Origin: Solirubrobacterales bacterium
GTDB lineage: Bacteria > Actinomycetota > Thermoleophilia > Solirubrobacterales > JACPNS01
Reading direction: 5' to 3'
Assembly (NCBI GenBank): GCA_047605325.1
Contig: JASGFX010000011.1
Location: forward strand, 534 to 64,533
DNA: 64,000 bases
Both the position numbers and the translations under genes were made by a program. Each line of letters starts with the position of its first letter. The first letter of the stretch is position 1. Positions 19,866 to 29,026 of this stretch are shown here, in pieces. The notes under the pieces are model-generated. The model ran no database searches and was not told where the DNA came from. It saw only the letters and a program-made list of their open reading frames with translations.

Positions 19866-21323
19866 CGAGCGCGCGTCGCGCAGCTGCCGAAGCTCCGCAC
19901 GGCTGAAGAAGCCGGTCAGCAACAGCAGCGCCGGATAGAGCAGGCACCAGAACGCGCGCTCGATGGCTGCGGTCGTGCCGATCGGACCCAGCAGCGCCTC
20001 TCCCGAATACGCGACCACGACCGCCACCGCCGCGATCTGCAGAATCCTGCGCCACTCGAGCACGAGCCCGAGCGTCTGGCGCGCGCGCATGTACATCAAG
20101 CCGTTGAGCACGAGGTACGCGCCGATCAACGCGATACCCGCGCCGACGATCCCGTGATCCGGTATCAGCAGCCAGCAGAGCGCGACGTTCGCCACAAGAC
20201 CCGCCGCCGCAACGGGAAAGAGCGAGCCGGTCTTTCCCATCCGGGCGACCGACGAGACCATCACGAGGTATGCGCCATAGAGCACGACACCCGTCGCGAC
20301 CAGCGGTAGCGCGCGGTGCGCGTCGTAGAACTGCGGATTCGAAGTGAGCACCCGCACCAGCGGTCCGGCGAGAAGCGAAAGCGCTGTCACGACGGCACCG
20401 GTCACGAGCAGGTAGTAGGTCAGCACCCGCCCGTACACGACGCTCGCCTCGGCGTCGGACTTGATCGAGTACGCAAGCGGCGGCCAGGCCATCTGGAAGG
20501 CACGCACGAAGATCGTCACGCCCTGCGCAAGCTTGTACGCGATCGAATACGTGCCGACCATCGTCGCGCCGACGAGGCGCGACGATGGCAGGTGAAGCAG
20601 AAACAGGCGGTCGACCCAGTTGAGCGCGTACAGCGAGATCTCACCCGGCACGGTCGGCAGGCCGAAACGCAGCATCGGCGAGAGGAGCGGCAACCCGGGG
20701 CGCGGGATCCGCCCACGACTGATGTGGAGAACGAACAGTGCCAGCACGACGATCGCGGTGCCCACCGCGTTTCCGAGCACGAGGCCTTCCGCACCCTGAT
20801 CGCGGCCGATCACCAGCCACAGCGTCAACGGCACAGTGACCAGCACATTCGCGCTGGTCGCGAGCGCGTAAGCGCCGGCCTTCTCCTCGACGCGGAAGAA
20901 CGCCAGCAGCAGTTCGTAGAAGGTCGAGAACCAGAACCAGATCACGCCGATCACGACGAGCTGGCGTGCATCCGGCGCATCGCGCAGCAACAGCGACTCG
21001 AGCAACGGGACAGCCGCGAGACACAACACCACGCCGAGCGTCGTGCTCGTCAACAACCCCCAGAATGCCGTCTGGGTCACCTTGCGCTGGTCGTATTCGT
21101 CTTTCAGGAAGTAGAAACGCAGGAAGGCCTCGATCGCGCCGAGCCGGAAGAAGATCGACAGCACGATCACCGTCGTCGCGATGATCTCGGCGTAGCCGAA
21201 GCCGCGTGGGCTGACGTATTTCGTATAGATCGGCAGCGTGAAGAGCGCGATCAGCTTCGCCAGTACGCTCGACGCGGTGTAGGCGGTGCCGGTCCTGGCC
21301 AGGCGCTTGAGATAACCGATCAT
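19788..21323 (-). CDS. Polysaccharide/oligosaccharide flippase (MOP superfamily, Wzx-type)
   Basis: 511-aa polytopic protein. The N-terminus MIGYLKRLARTGTAYTASSVLAKLIALFTLPIYTKYVSPRGFGYAEI is typical of 'polysaccharide biosynthesis protein' flippases. ATGA overlap with the upstream gene at 21320-21323. Confidence 0.8.
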   Translation of the reverse strand: MIGYLKRLARTGTAYTASSVLAKLIALFTLPIYTKYVSPRGFGYAEIIATTVIVLSIFFRLGAIEAFLRFYFLKDEYDQRKVTQTAFWGLLTSTTLGVVLCLAAVPLLESLLLRDAPDARQLVVIGVIWFWFSTFYELLLAFFRVEEKAGAYALATSANVLVTVPLTLWLVIGRDQGAEGLVLGNAVGTAIVVLALFVLHISRGRIPRPGLPLLSPMLRFGLPTVPGEISLYALNWVDRLFLLHLPSSRLVGATMVGTYSIAYKLAQGVTIFVRAFQMAWPPLAYSIKSDAEASVVYGRVLTYYLLVTGAVVTALSLLAGPLVRVLTSNPQFYDAHRALPLVATGVVLYGAYLVMVSSVARMGKTGSLFPVAAAGLVANVALCWLLIPDHGIVGAGIALIGAYLVLNGLMYMRARQTLGLVLEWRRILQIAAVAVVVAYSGEALLGPIGTTAAIERAFWCLLYPALLLLTGFFSRAELRQLRDARSLLQRARDSKSLGDRPDLVQEVHGPE

Positions 21324-22846
21324 GCGGGATCAGTATCGCGGCGCGGGATGGCGGCAAGCGAGACCGCGCAGCCGAGCAGCACCCAGGTCAGCGGATCCTC
21401 GAGGAACGCCGCGTAGGCCAGGGTGTGAACGAAGATCGCCGTGAAGCAGGCCGCGACGGCGACGCGCGCCACCAGGCCCGGTCGACCGCGTGAGCCGTCC
21501 TCCCGCCCCACGCGCCGGAAGACCGCGCCGAATCCGGCGATCAGCAGGGCGACAAACGCAGCGAGTCCGACGATGCCCTGCTCGGCTGCGACCGTGAGCG
21601 GCGCGGTGTGCGACTTGGTCGTGACAGCCGGGCCGTAGGTCGTGCGCTTGGCGAGATCATTGGCCCGGTAGGCGCTGGAGAAGTCACCGGAGCCCTGGCC
21701 GAAGATCGGCTTGTCGCCCCACAGCGTCAGCGCGCCGGTGACGAGATCGAAGCGCCCACTGGTGGTCGTCTCGGCGCTCTTGCTGCTGGTGAGATTGACG
21801 CCGGTGACCGACGGGAAGGCCAGGGCGAAGATCAGCCCGGCCAGCAGCACGCCTCCGGTCACGAGCAGAACCGGCTTGGCCTTCCAGCGCAGCGCCGCCA
21901 GCACCACGAGTCCGGCCAGCAGCGCGGCGAAGCTCGACTGGCTGAGACTGAGCACCAGGCCGGCCCAGAGCAGCGCGAGGACCCCGGCCGCCCCGAGCAC
22001 CCGGCGGGTCTTCTGCGTGTAGAGCATCACCGCCGTGACGACGAGCATCACCATCGCGAGGAAACGCCCGTAGATGTTCGGATCGAAGAAGAACGACTGC
22101 ACGCGGAAGTACGGATCGAAGTCGGAGGGCTGCGCGCCGCCGATCGTGATCAGGTAGCGCCCGCGCGCGAACTCGATGAAGCCGCCGAGCACGAGGATCC
22201 CAGCCACGCTGACCAGCGTGATCGCGCAGGTGCGCAGCAGCTTGGCGTCCCACTTCTGCGCGGCGGCGATGCCGTAGAGCAGCGCAAACGGCGCGTAGAA
22301 GAAGCAGAAGTTCTGCGTTGCGACAGAAACATCGTTGGCGTAGAGACTCTGCAGCGCGTAGAGCGCGAGGTAGATCACGATCGTGACGTCGAGCAGTTTC
22401 GGGCCGCGCGGAGCGTCTTCGATGCGACCGCGCCAGACTGCCCACCCGCGCGCGATCACAGCCCCAGCGATCGTCAGATAGAGCGGCAGCAGCAGCTTGA
22501 CCGAATCGCCGCCTATCTCGAGTGGCACACGGAACGCAAGCGTGGCGAGCGCGGCCGGAATCACCGCGCGCGGCCAGCGCATGAAGAACGCCGCGACGCC
22601 GGCGAGCACGATCAGGCCGGTCACCGCGCCTGCCCCGATCAGCGGCAGCGAGAGCGAGGGGAGGCTGGAGGTCTGGTCACCGATCACCGAGCCGGCGAGC
22701 ACGAGCGGGCTGAAGATCAGCACGGCCAACGCGGAGGCCCAGCGCAGGCGCTCACTCGAGGCGAGCAGCCAGCCACCGATCAGGCCGGCGAGCATGATCA
22801 GTCCGAGACTCTCGAGCACCGGCGCGGCTGCGAGCGGCATGGTCAC
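21320..22846 (-). CDS. O-antigen ligase/polymerase-like (Wzy_C family) polytopic membrane protein
   Basis: 508 aa with many TM segments. Contains LVLSLSQSSFAALLAGLVVLAAL and a periplasmic-loop-like region ending TKSHTAPLTVAAEQGIVGLAAF. GTGA overlap with the upstream gene. Confidence 0.7.
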   Translation of the reverse strand: MTMPLAAAPVLESLGLIMLAGLIGGWLLASSERLRWASALAVLIFSPLVLAGSVIGDQTSSLPSLSLPLIGAGAVTGLIVLAGVAAFFMRWPRAVIPAALATLAFRVPLEIGGDSVKLLLPLYLTIAGAVIARGWAVWRGRIEDAPRGPKLLDVTIVIYLALYALQSLYANDVSVATQNFCFFYAPFALLYGIAAAQKWDAKLLRTCAITLVSVAGILVLGGFIEFARGRYLITIGGAQPSDFDPYFRVQSFFFDPNIYGRFLAMVMLVVTAVMLYTQKTRRVLGAAGVLALLWAGLVLSLSQSSFAALLAGLVVLAALRWKAKPVLLVTGGVLLAGLIFALAFPSVTGVNLTSSKSAETTTSGRFDLVTGALTLWGDKPIFGQGSGDFSSAYRANDLAKRTTYGPAVTTKSHTAPLTVAAEQGIVGLAAFVALLIAGFGAVFRRVGREDGSRGRPGLVARVAVAACFTAIFVHTLAYAAFLEDPLTWVLLGCAVSLAAIPRRDTDPA

Positions 22847-24741
22847 TTCAGCACCTCGAGGATCGCGTTGGTCGACCAGGCCACGTTCGACTGCGCCGGA
22901 TCGCCGAGCTGCGCAAGCCAGCCACCGGCGCCGACACGGATCACCTCACCCTTGCCGAGCTTGTAGCCGACGAAGGCGGGAGCATCTGGCTCGCGCCCGC
23001 CGGAGGTCAGCACCTGAGCGCCGCTTGCAAGACCCTTCGACTGCTGGAAGAGCGTGAACAGGCCGGTCGGTCCGCGCAGCAGTCCGAGCTCGTCCTTGAA
23101 CTTCGCAACCGGCGCCGGCGCTTCGGTGACGTTCGCAGTCGACTCGCCGAAGATGTCGCGGCCGCGCTGCTCGGACGGACCGGCAAGCTCGGTGGCCGAA
23201 AGCGTGACCGTGCGACGGAACGCGCTGAGCGAGAAGAACGCAACCTTGCCCCCGCCCTCGACGAAGCGGCGCAGTTGCGTGCCGAGCGCGGCCGGCAACC
23301 AGCGCTCATCCCCGGCCAGCAGCACGGCGTCGTGGCCGCGCAGCGCTGCGGCAGGGTTGGCAGCGAGCGCGATATCGGTCGTGTACTGAGCCTTGAGCGT
23401 CGGCTGCGCGGTCTCGAGGTATTGCGCCAAGGCGCCCTCGGCCTCGCCAAAACCGGTGGTGCCGGCGGCGCGCGCGAGCAGACGGTTGAGCGGAACGCGC
23501 AGCGTCTCGCCGGCCGGCAGCGACTGGTAGGGATCGGGGAAGCCGTCGCCCGACATGTCGACGGGGTTGGTCGCCTGCCAGGCGATCGCCGGCTGCACGA
23601 TCAGCAGGCGACTGCGGTGGCCCGAGGCGATCGGCAGTGGCGCGCGCGCGACGCCGGAGTCACCGGCCACGCGCCGCTTGGCCTGGATGCGCAGCACGTA
23701 GAGGCCACTCGACGTGTCCGGAACGGTCAGGTGGAGTGTCCCGCCGCGCGCCGTGCCCGACGCCACCGACGATCCCGAGACGCTCGCGATCCGCCAGCGG
23801 TAGCCGCCGCTCGGCGGAGCGACGCGGAAGCTCGCTCGCGTGCCGACAACTGCAGCCCGGGTGGGCGGCGCGATCTGCACACCGGTCAGCGTCACGCCCG
23901 AGAGCCCGCGGGTGCTCCCCGAACGCGGCGGATCGGCATCGCTGCTGCTCCCGACATTGCCGGCCGCGTCACAGGCGCGAGCGACGATCACGTAACTGCC
24001 GGTTGGCGCCGGGCGGGCTCGGCCACTGTGCCTGGTGCCGTAGCAATGCGGCGACTCGGCTGTGTTGTCCCAACCCGAGAAGGCGCCGACGGTCTGATCC
24101 CACGCGCCGCTGCTCGAGCGGCGTGTACTGAGGAACGAGGCCACCGGGTCAGACGACGTGCGCTGACCACGCACGCGATATACGAGGAACTCTGCCCGCA
24201 ACGACGTGCCGGCCCCGGAGAAATTGACCTTCACCGGCGAGCGTCCGCGCAGAATCGAAACAGTGTGGCTGCCGACGACGTTCGCGGTGATCTTCGGCGC
24301 TTCGGTGTCGACGACAAAGAACTGATCCGGCACAAAAGTTCGACCGTTGCCCCGCAGGGTGATGCGCACGCGGTAGGCGCCGTCGGGCACTGGCTGCCCG
24401 CGATGCTTGTGGCCGTTGTGGTCGACCGTCCCGCGGTAGCGACCGTTCCAGTAGTACGTGTGCGGGCCCGCCGAGAGCCGCTCCTCGTCGGCCAGCACCC
24501 GCACCGGTGAGCCTGTGCGGTCGATCACCGTCACCGTCACATAGTCTGACTTCTTGATCCGGAAGCGCACGCGGCCCTTCTCGCGCAAACCATCATCGTT
24601 GGGCGAGATGTAGCGCTTGAAGCTGACCGAATAGACCAGCGGATCGGTGTGCTTGAGCCGCTGCGCAGCGAAGAACGCAAAGAACGTCGCGAGCACCAAC
24701 AGCCCGAAGACAACTCGCGAGATCTGCGTCGCCCGGGTCAC
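22843..24741 (-). CDS. Membrane-anchored hypothetical protein (Ig-like FlgD-type segment plus unknown C-terminal domain)
   Basis: 632 aa with a GTG start. N-terminal TM (ISRVVFGLLVLATFFAFFAA). Contains YVTVTVIDRTGSPVRVLADEERLSAGPHTYYWNGRY. The C-terminal half has AWQATNP and LLAGDERW...FVEGGGKVAFF, which weakly recall dimethylformamidase-beta-like / GATase1-like domains. Good GC3 bias. Confidence 0.6.
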   Translation of the reverse strand: MTRATQISRVVFGLLVLATFFAFFAAQRLKHTDPLVYSVSFKRYISPNDDGLREKGRVRFRIKKSDYVTVTVIDRTGSPVRVLADEERLSAGPHTYYWNGRYRGTVDHNGHKHRGQPVPDGAYRVRITLRGNGRTFVPDQFFVVDTEAPKITANVVGSHTVSILRGRSPVKVNFSGAGTSLRAEFLVYRVRGQRTSSDPVASFLSTRRSSSGAWDQTVGAFSGWDNTAESPHCYGTRHSGRARPAPTGSYVIVARACDAAGNVGSSSDADPPRSGSTRGLSGVTLTGVQIAPPTRAAVVGTRASFRVAPPSGGYRWRIASVSGSSVASGTARGGTLHLTVPDTSSGLYVLRIQAKRRVAGDSGVARAPLPIASGHRSRLLIVQPAIAWQATNPVDMSGDGFPDPYQSLPAGETLRVPLNRLLARAAGTTGFGEAEGALAQYLETAQPTLKAQYTTDIALAANPAAALRGHDAVLLAGDERWLPAALGTQLRRFVEGGGKVAFFSLSAFRRTVTLSATELAGPSEQRGRDIFGESTANVTEAPAPVAKFKDELGLLRGPTGLFTLFQQSKGLASGAQVLTSGGREPDAPAFVGYKLGKGEVIRVGAGGWLAQLGDPAQSNVAWSTNAILEVLK

Positions 24742-24768
24742 GCGGGAGAGGCTAACCGCGCAGGCGCG

Positions 24769-25974
24769 CTATTGCTGCTGGAAGTCGGCGCCGAGCACAA
24801 CGATCACCGGTACCGATCCCCCCTGCGCGAGGATCTCTTCGGTCGCCGGTTTGAGCGTCTTGACCGCGAGTTCGGTCGCCACCTCCTGGGCTTCGGGTTT
24901 GCTGCCCGCGGCGTAGTAGACGACCGTCTCCGCCTGGTTGTTGGCGTCCGGGAGGTTGCCGGTGGTGGTGTCGGTGAAGCCGGCCTTGTTCAGACCGGTG
25001 GCTGCGCTCGCGGCGAGCCCGGCCGTGCTGGTTCCGTTGAGCACCGAGACCGTGACCGCGGCGCGGTTGATCCGCGTGTTGCGGTCGTTGGATGTGTTCG
25101 CCTGCTGGCGGTTGGCGGCGCTGCCGCCTGTGCCCTTGGTCGTCGTGGTGTCGTCGCCGCCGAGCAGTTGCGTGGCGATCAGGATCACCGCGAAGACCGC
25201 GACCAGAACACCAGCCACGGCGAACGGCACGCGGCTCTTGTGCTCAGGGGCCTGGTCGATCGCCTCAAATGTGCCGGATCCGGTCGTGCCGGTCGAGAGG
25301 TAGTAGTCGGGGATCGGCGGCGTCGAAGGCGCGCGTACGGCGGTGAACTCAGACGTGTCGAGCGGGGGCAGCGGCGGAAGCGGACCTGCCGAGCGCGCTG
25401 CCGCCGGGGTCGAAGGGCTGAGGCGGTTGGCCTCGGCTTCGCCCTCGGGCTCGGCGGCGGGCTCTTCGGTCTCTGCGGCTGGCTCGTCTTCGGAGTCCGG
25501 TGCGGGCTGGATCGCAGTCTCACCGACGGCCGCGGACTCGGCGACGACATGGTGTTCCTCAGGCGCCTGCTCGGCCGCTTCGCCGCCGAACTCTTCGCCG
25601 ATCACATCATGGGCCTGAGTGGCTCCCGGGTCGTGCTCGGGAACGGCCGGCGCTTCGGCTGGCGGCTCGCTCTCCGCGACGATCGCCGGCGACGGCGTGG
25701 TACCCGCGTCTTCGGCGATACCCGCCGCGGCCTGGGCCTCGGACTGGCGATAAGCCATCGACTCGTAGGCCTGGGCGATCGCTTGAGAAGCGATCTGCTG
25801 CGCGCGCAGCTCGACCTCGGCGGCGCGCTCGGGCTCGCGACCGGCCCACTCGCGCAGGCGCTTGACATCGCGCGCCTGGCTGAAGTAGAGCATCGCCAGC
25901 ACGGCAAGACCGATGATCCCGGCGAAGCCGGCAATCGCGCCGAAGTTAAGAAGTATGTCTTTGAGTTCGCCCAC
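24769..25974 (-). CDS. LytR_C (LytR cell-envelope-related C-terminal) domain membrane protein
   Basis: N-terminal TM, then an acidic Pro/Ala/Glu-rich linker. The C-terminus reads VTVSVLNGTSTAGLAASAATGLNKAGFTDTTTGNLPDANNQAETVVYYAAGSKPEAQEVA. Confidence 0.75.
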   Translation of the reverse strand: MGELKDILLNFGAIAGFAGIIGLAVLAMLYFSQARDVKRLREWAGREPERAAEVELRAQQIASQAIAQAYESMAYRQSEAQAAAGIAEDAGTTPSPAIVAESEPPAEAPAVPEHDPGATQAHDVIGEEFGGEAAEQAPEEHHVVAESAAVGETAIQPAPDSEDEPAAETEEPAAEPEGEAEANRLSPSTPAAARSAGPLPPLPPLDTSEFTAVRAPSTPPIPDYYLSTGTTGSGTFEAIDQAPEHKSRVPFAVAGVLVAVFAVILIATQLLGGDDTTTTKGTGGSAANRQQANTSNDRNTRINRAAVTVSVLNGTSTAGLAASAATGLNKAGFTDTTTGNLPDANNQAETVVYYAAGSKPEAQEVATELAVKTLKPATEEILAQGGSVPVIVVLGADFQQQ

Positions 25975-25985
25975 GTTGCTGATTT

Positions 25986-26012
25986 GTCGGCGCGCGCATT
26001 CCGCGCGCCGAC
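25986..26012 (-). terminator. GC-rich hairpin GTCGGCGCGCG-cattc-CGCGCGCCGAC downstream of the dehydratase gene
   Basis: Perfect 11-bp stem with a 5-nt loop, between stop 26040 and the next start at 25974. No U-tract, so it could be an attenuator or RNA-stability element rather than a terminator. Confidence 0.3.
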
Positions 26013-26039
26013 GGGGGAAGCAGGGGAAGTGCGAGCAGT

Positions 26040-27965
26040 CTAGGCGTCGGGCAACGCGGATTCGGAGGTAAGTCCCGCCGCGGCCTGCACCAGATCGGCC
26101 AACGCCTGCGGGCGGCCATTGATCATCAGCCGCTCAACTTCGTCGAAGACCTCGTCGACGCGCCCCGGCTCCATCGCCTCGCGCTCGGCGCGGACGATCT
26201 TCTCGGCGGCCGTCGGCTGGGGACGCTCGTCGGGGTTGAAGAGGTCCTCGTGGAGCTTCTCTCCCGGCGAGGGCGCGGTCACGACGATCGGAATGTCGAC
26301 ATCGGGCTCGAGGCCGGCGAGGCGGATCATGTTGCGCGCGAGGTCGATGATCTTGACCGGCTCGCCCATCTCCAGCACGAAGACCTCGCCGCCGCGTCCG
26401 AGGTCGCCGGCGCGGATGATCAGCTGCACAGCCTCGGGGATCGTCATGAAGTAGCGCGACATCTCCGGGTGGGTCACGGTGACCGGACCGCCCGCGGCGA
26501 TCTGGCGGCGGAAGATCGGCACGACGCTGCCCGACGAGCCGAGCACGTTGCCGAAGCGCACGCCGCAATAGGTGGTGTCCTCGTGGCGTGCCTGGGCCGA
26601 CTCGATCGCCCACTCCGCGAGGGCCTTGGAGGCGCCCATCGTGGTCTTGGGCTTGACGGCCTTGTCGGTCGAGACGAGCACGAAGCGGCGCACGCCGTGC
26701 TGACCGGCGAGTTCGGCGACGGTGCGCGTGGCGATCGCGTTGTTGCGGATCGCCTCGACCGGGTTCTCCTGCATCAGCTGGACGTGCTTGTAGGCCGCGG
26801 CATGAAAGACGATCTCGGGCTTGAACTCCTCGAAGATCTCCTGCATGCGCGGGAGCTCCTTGCAGTCGCCGAGCACCGCCTCGACGCTGCCGAAATGGCG
26901 GTCTTCCTCGAGCTCGCGGCGAATGTTGAAGAGGTTGTCCTCGGCATGGTCGACGAGGATGATCTTCCTCGGCCGCACCCGCGCGATCTGGCGGCAGAGC
27001 TCAGAGCCGATCGAGCCGCCGGCGCCGGTGACCATCACGACGGCGCCCGCGAGGTACGCGCCCACGCGGTCGAGCTGCATGATGATCGGGTCACGGCCGA
27101 GAATGTCCTCGACCTGGACCTCACGCAACTGCTTCACGAGATTGACGTCGCCGCGCAGCAGTTCGAACACGGTCGGCAGCGTCTTGACCGGGATGTTGCG
27201 CTCGCGGCAGGCCGAGACGACGTTCTCGCGCAGCGTGCCCGGTGCGGAGGGGATCGCGATGATCACCTCGTCGGGCTCGACGTCTTCGAGGATCTTCGGA
27301 AGCTCGCGGGTTCGGCCGAGCACCTTCAGGCCGAGCATGCGCGAGCCGGCCTTGCGCGGATCGTCGTCGACGAATCCGACCGGAGCCTCACCGAGTTCGG
27401 GGTTCTTCAGCATCTCACGCGCGACCATCTGGCCCCCGTCTCCGGCGCCGACGATCAGGATCTCGCGGCCCTTGGGCAGGCGGTAGCCGCGCGTCGGCTT
27501 CTCGACGATCGTGCGCACGGCGAAGCGCGAGCCGGCCACCAGCAGCAGCGTGAGCAGGAAGTCGAGCGCGACGATGCCGCGCGGGAGGTCGAGGTCGACG
27601 ACGCTCCTCACGTGGTCGTGCACCTGCGTGACCTGAACCGGCTTGAACAGCCAGACGGCGGTCAGCAGGATCAGCGAGCTCAGCACGACGGCCTGGACGA
27701 TCCGGCGGAAGTCGTGGGCGTCGGTGTAGCGCCACCACTTCGAGTAGGTGCCGAAGGCGGCGAAGATGACGATCTTGCCGACGATCACCCACGGCAGAAG
27801 CGTGGTGAGCAGGTCCTTGTAGTGCTCGGGGATGCCGCTGTCGAAGCGCAGCAGGAACGCGCCGTAGAAGGCGATTCCGACGAGCACCGCGTCGACGAGG
27901 ATCTGCTGGATGCGGTGAAGGATCACCGAACGCCGCATCCTGCGGGTCAGGCTGCTTGCGGGCAT
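26040..27965 (-). CDS. Membrane-bound nucleotide-sugar 4,6-dehydratase (CapD/PglF/WbpM family)
   Basis: 641 aa. N-terminal TM segments are followed by ILIVGAGDGGQMVAREM, VMVTGAGGSIGSELCRQI and FHAAAYKHVQLMQENPVEAIRNN. Confidence 0.9.
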   Translation of the reverse strand: MPASSLTRRMRRSVILHRIQQILVDAVLVGIAFYGAFLLRFDSGIPEHYKDLLTTLLPWVIVGKIVIFAAFGTYSKWWRYTDAHDFRRIVQAVVLSSLILLTAVWLFKPVQVTQVHDHVRSVVDLDLPRGIVALDFLLTLLLVAGSRFAVRTIVEKPTRGYRLPKGREILIVGAGDGGQMVAREMLKNPELGEAPVGFVDDDPRKAGSRMLGLKVLGRTRELPKILEDVEPDEVIIAIPSAPGTLRENVVSACRERNIPVKTLPTVFELLRGDVNLVKQLREVQVEDILGRDPIIMQLDRVGAYLAGAVVMVTGAGGSIGSELCRQIARVRPRKIILVDHAEDNLFNIRRELEEDRHFGSVEAVLGDCKELPRMQEIFEEFKPEIVFHAAAYKHVQLMQENPVEAIRNNAIATRTVAELAGQHGVRRFVLVSTDKAVKPKTTMGASKALAEWAIESAQARHEDTTYCGVRFGNVLGSSGSVVPIFRRQIAAGGPVTVTHPEMSRYFMTIPEAVQLIIRAGDLGRGGEVFVLEMGEPVKIIDLARNMIRLAGLEPDVDIPIVVTAPSPGEKLHEDLFNPDERPQPTAAEKIVRAEREAMEPGRVDEVFDEVERLMINGRPQALADLVQAAAGLTSESALPDA

Positions 27966-28011
27966 GAAGGAGATTCTACGGGCGAAGCCTGAGAATTTCC
28001 TGCGCGTGCAC

Positions 28012-29022
28012 TCAGCGCTGCGCTGCGCCGAGGGCCAGGTCTGCCAGCAGCCGCGGGTCGCGGCGGATTCGGTCGCTGCCCGGGGCTCCGCGTTTGGCGA
28101 TCGTCAGGGAGTCGAGATCTTCCAGGCGGTTGAGGCGGCCTTCGGCCAGCAGCTGCTCATCGACCGCGCCGATCCTGCCCGCGAAGGTCGTCCAGACCGG
28201 GGTGCCGAGGGCGACTGCTTCGCGGTTCATCGTGCCGCCGGCGCCGATCACGGCGTCGACCAGCGCGACGAGTGACGGCCCGTCGACCACACCGTCGGGA
28301 ATCACGATGTTCTCGTGCGCAAGCTTCACCAGCTCCGCGCGTTGCTCGGGCGTGCGCGGCAGCGCGACCACCTGCACGTCGGGGTCGTGCGCGAGCTTCT
28401 CGATCAGCTTCGGGAAGAGTTCGTTCTCGTGGCGGTGGTAGAGCGAGACATCGGGCGGAGTGCGCAGAAGCACGAGCTTCTTCGCGCGGTCGAGGCCGAG
28501 CTGATCCAGCACGGCTTCGTCCGGCTCGAAGTCGGAGAGGTAGTACTCCTCTTTGAGACCCGGATACTGGAATACCTTGCCGTGCGCCCCGTACTGATCG
28601 AGCACAGCCGGGTCGATCGCATCGGGCACGATCGTTCGCGCCGCCCAGCGACAGTTGATCGAGTGCTGCTCGCGCGCCCACTCGTAGTCGAACATCGTCA
28701 CCGAGGGGATCCCGCGCAGCTTCGCGGCGATCGTGATGTCGTTCGAGCCGTGGCCGATCGCAAGATCGAACCTGCGCCCACGCGACCAGCGCCACAGCGC
28801 GAACGACCGGCTGACCAGCCCGATCCCCTTCGCGAACTTCTTCTCACCGCGGTGATGGCCGATCGCAGTGTGCGGCATCTCGTATTGATCGAGCAACGCG
28901 AGCGTCTGCGCAAAGTCGCGCGCGGTCACCTCGACCTCGTGCCCGTCGGCGCGCAGCGCGTCGATCACCGGCCGCAGCACGAGCACGTGCGGGCTGTTGG
29001 TCAGATCGACCCAGATCTTCAT
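28012..29022 (-). CDS. DUF354 family protein (GT-B/epimerase-like fold, function unknown)
   Basis: The N-terminus MKIWVDLTNSPHVLVLRPVIDALRADGHEVEVTARDFAQT matches my recollection of the DUF354 signature. Confidence 0.7.
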   Translation of the reverse strand: MKIWVDLTNSPHVLVLRPVIDALRADGHEVEVTARDFAQTLALLDQYEMPHTAIGHHRGEKKFAKGIGLVSRSFALWRWSRGRRFDLAIGHGSNDITIAAKLRGIPSVTMFDYEWAREQHSINCRWAARTIVPDAIDPAVLDQYGAHGKVFQYPGLKEEYYLSDFEPDEAVLDQLGLDRAKKLVLLRTPPDVSLYHRHENELFPKLIEKLAHDPDVQVVALPRTPEQRAELVKLAHENIVIPDGVVDGPSLVALVDAVIGAGGTMNREAVALGTPVWTTFAGRIGAVDEQLLAEGRLNRLEDLDSLTIAKRGAPGSDRIRRDPRLLADLALGAAQR

Positions 29023-29026
29023 CGCT

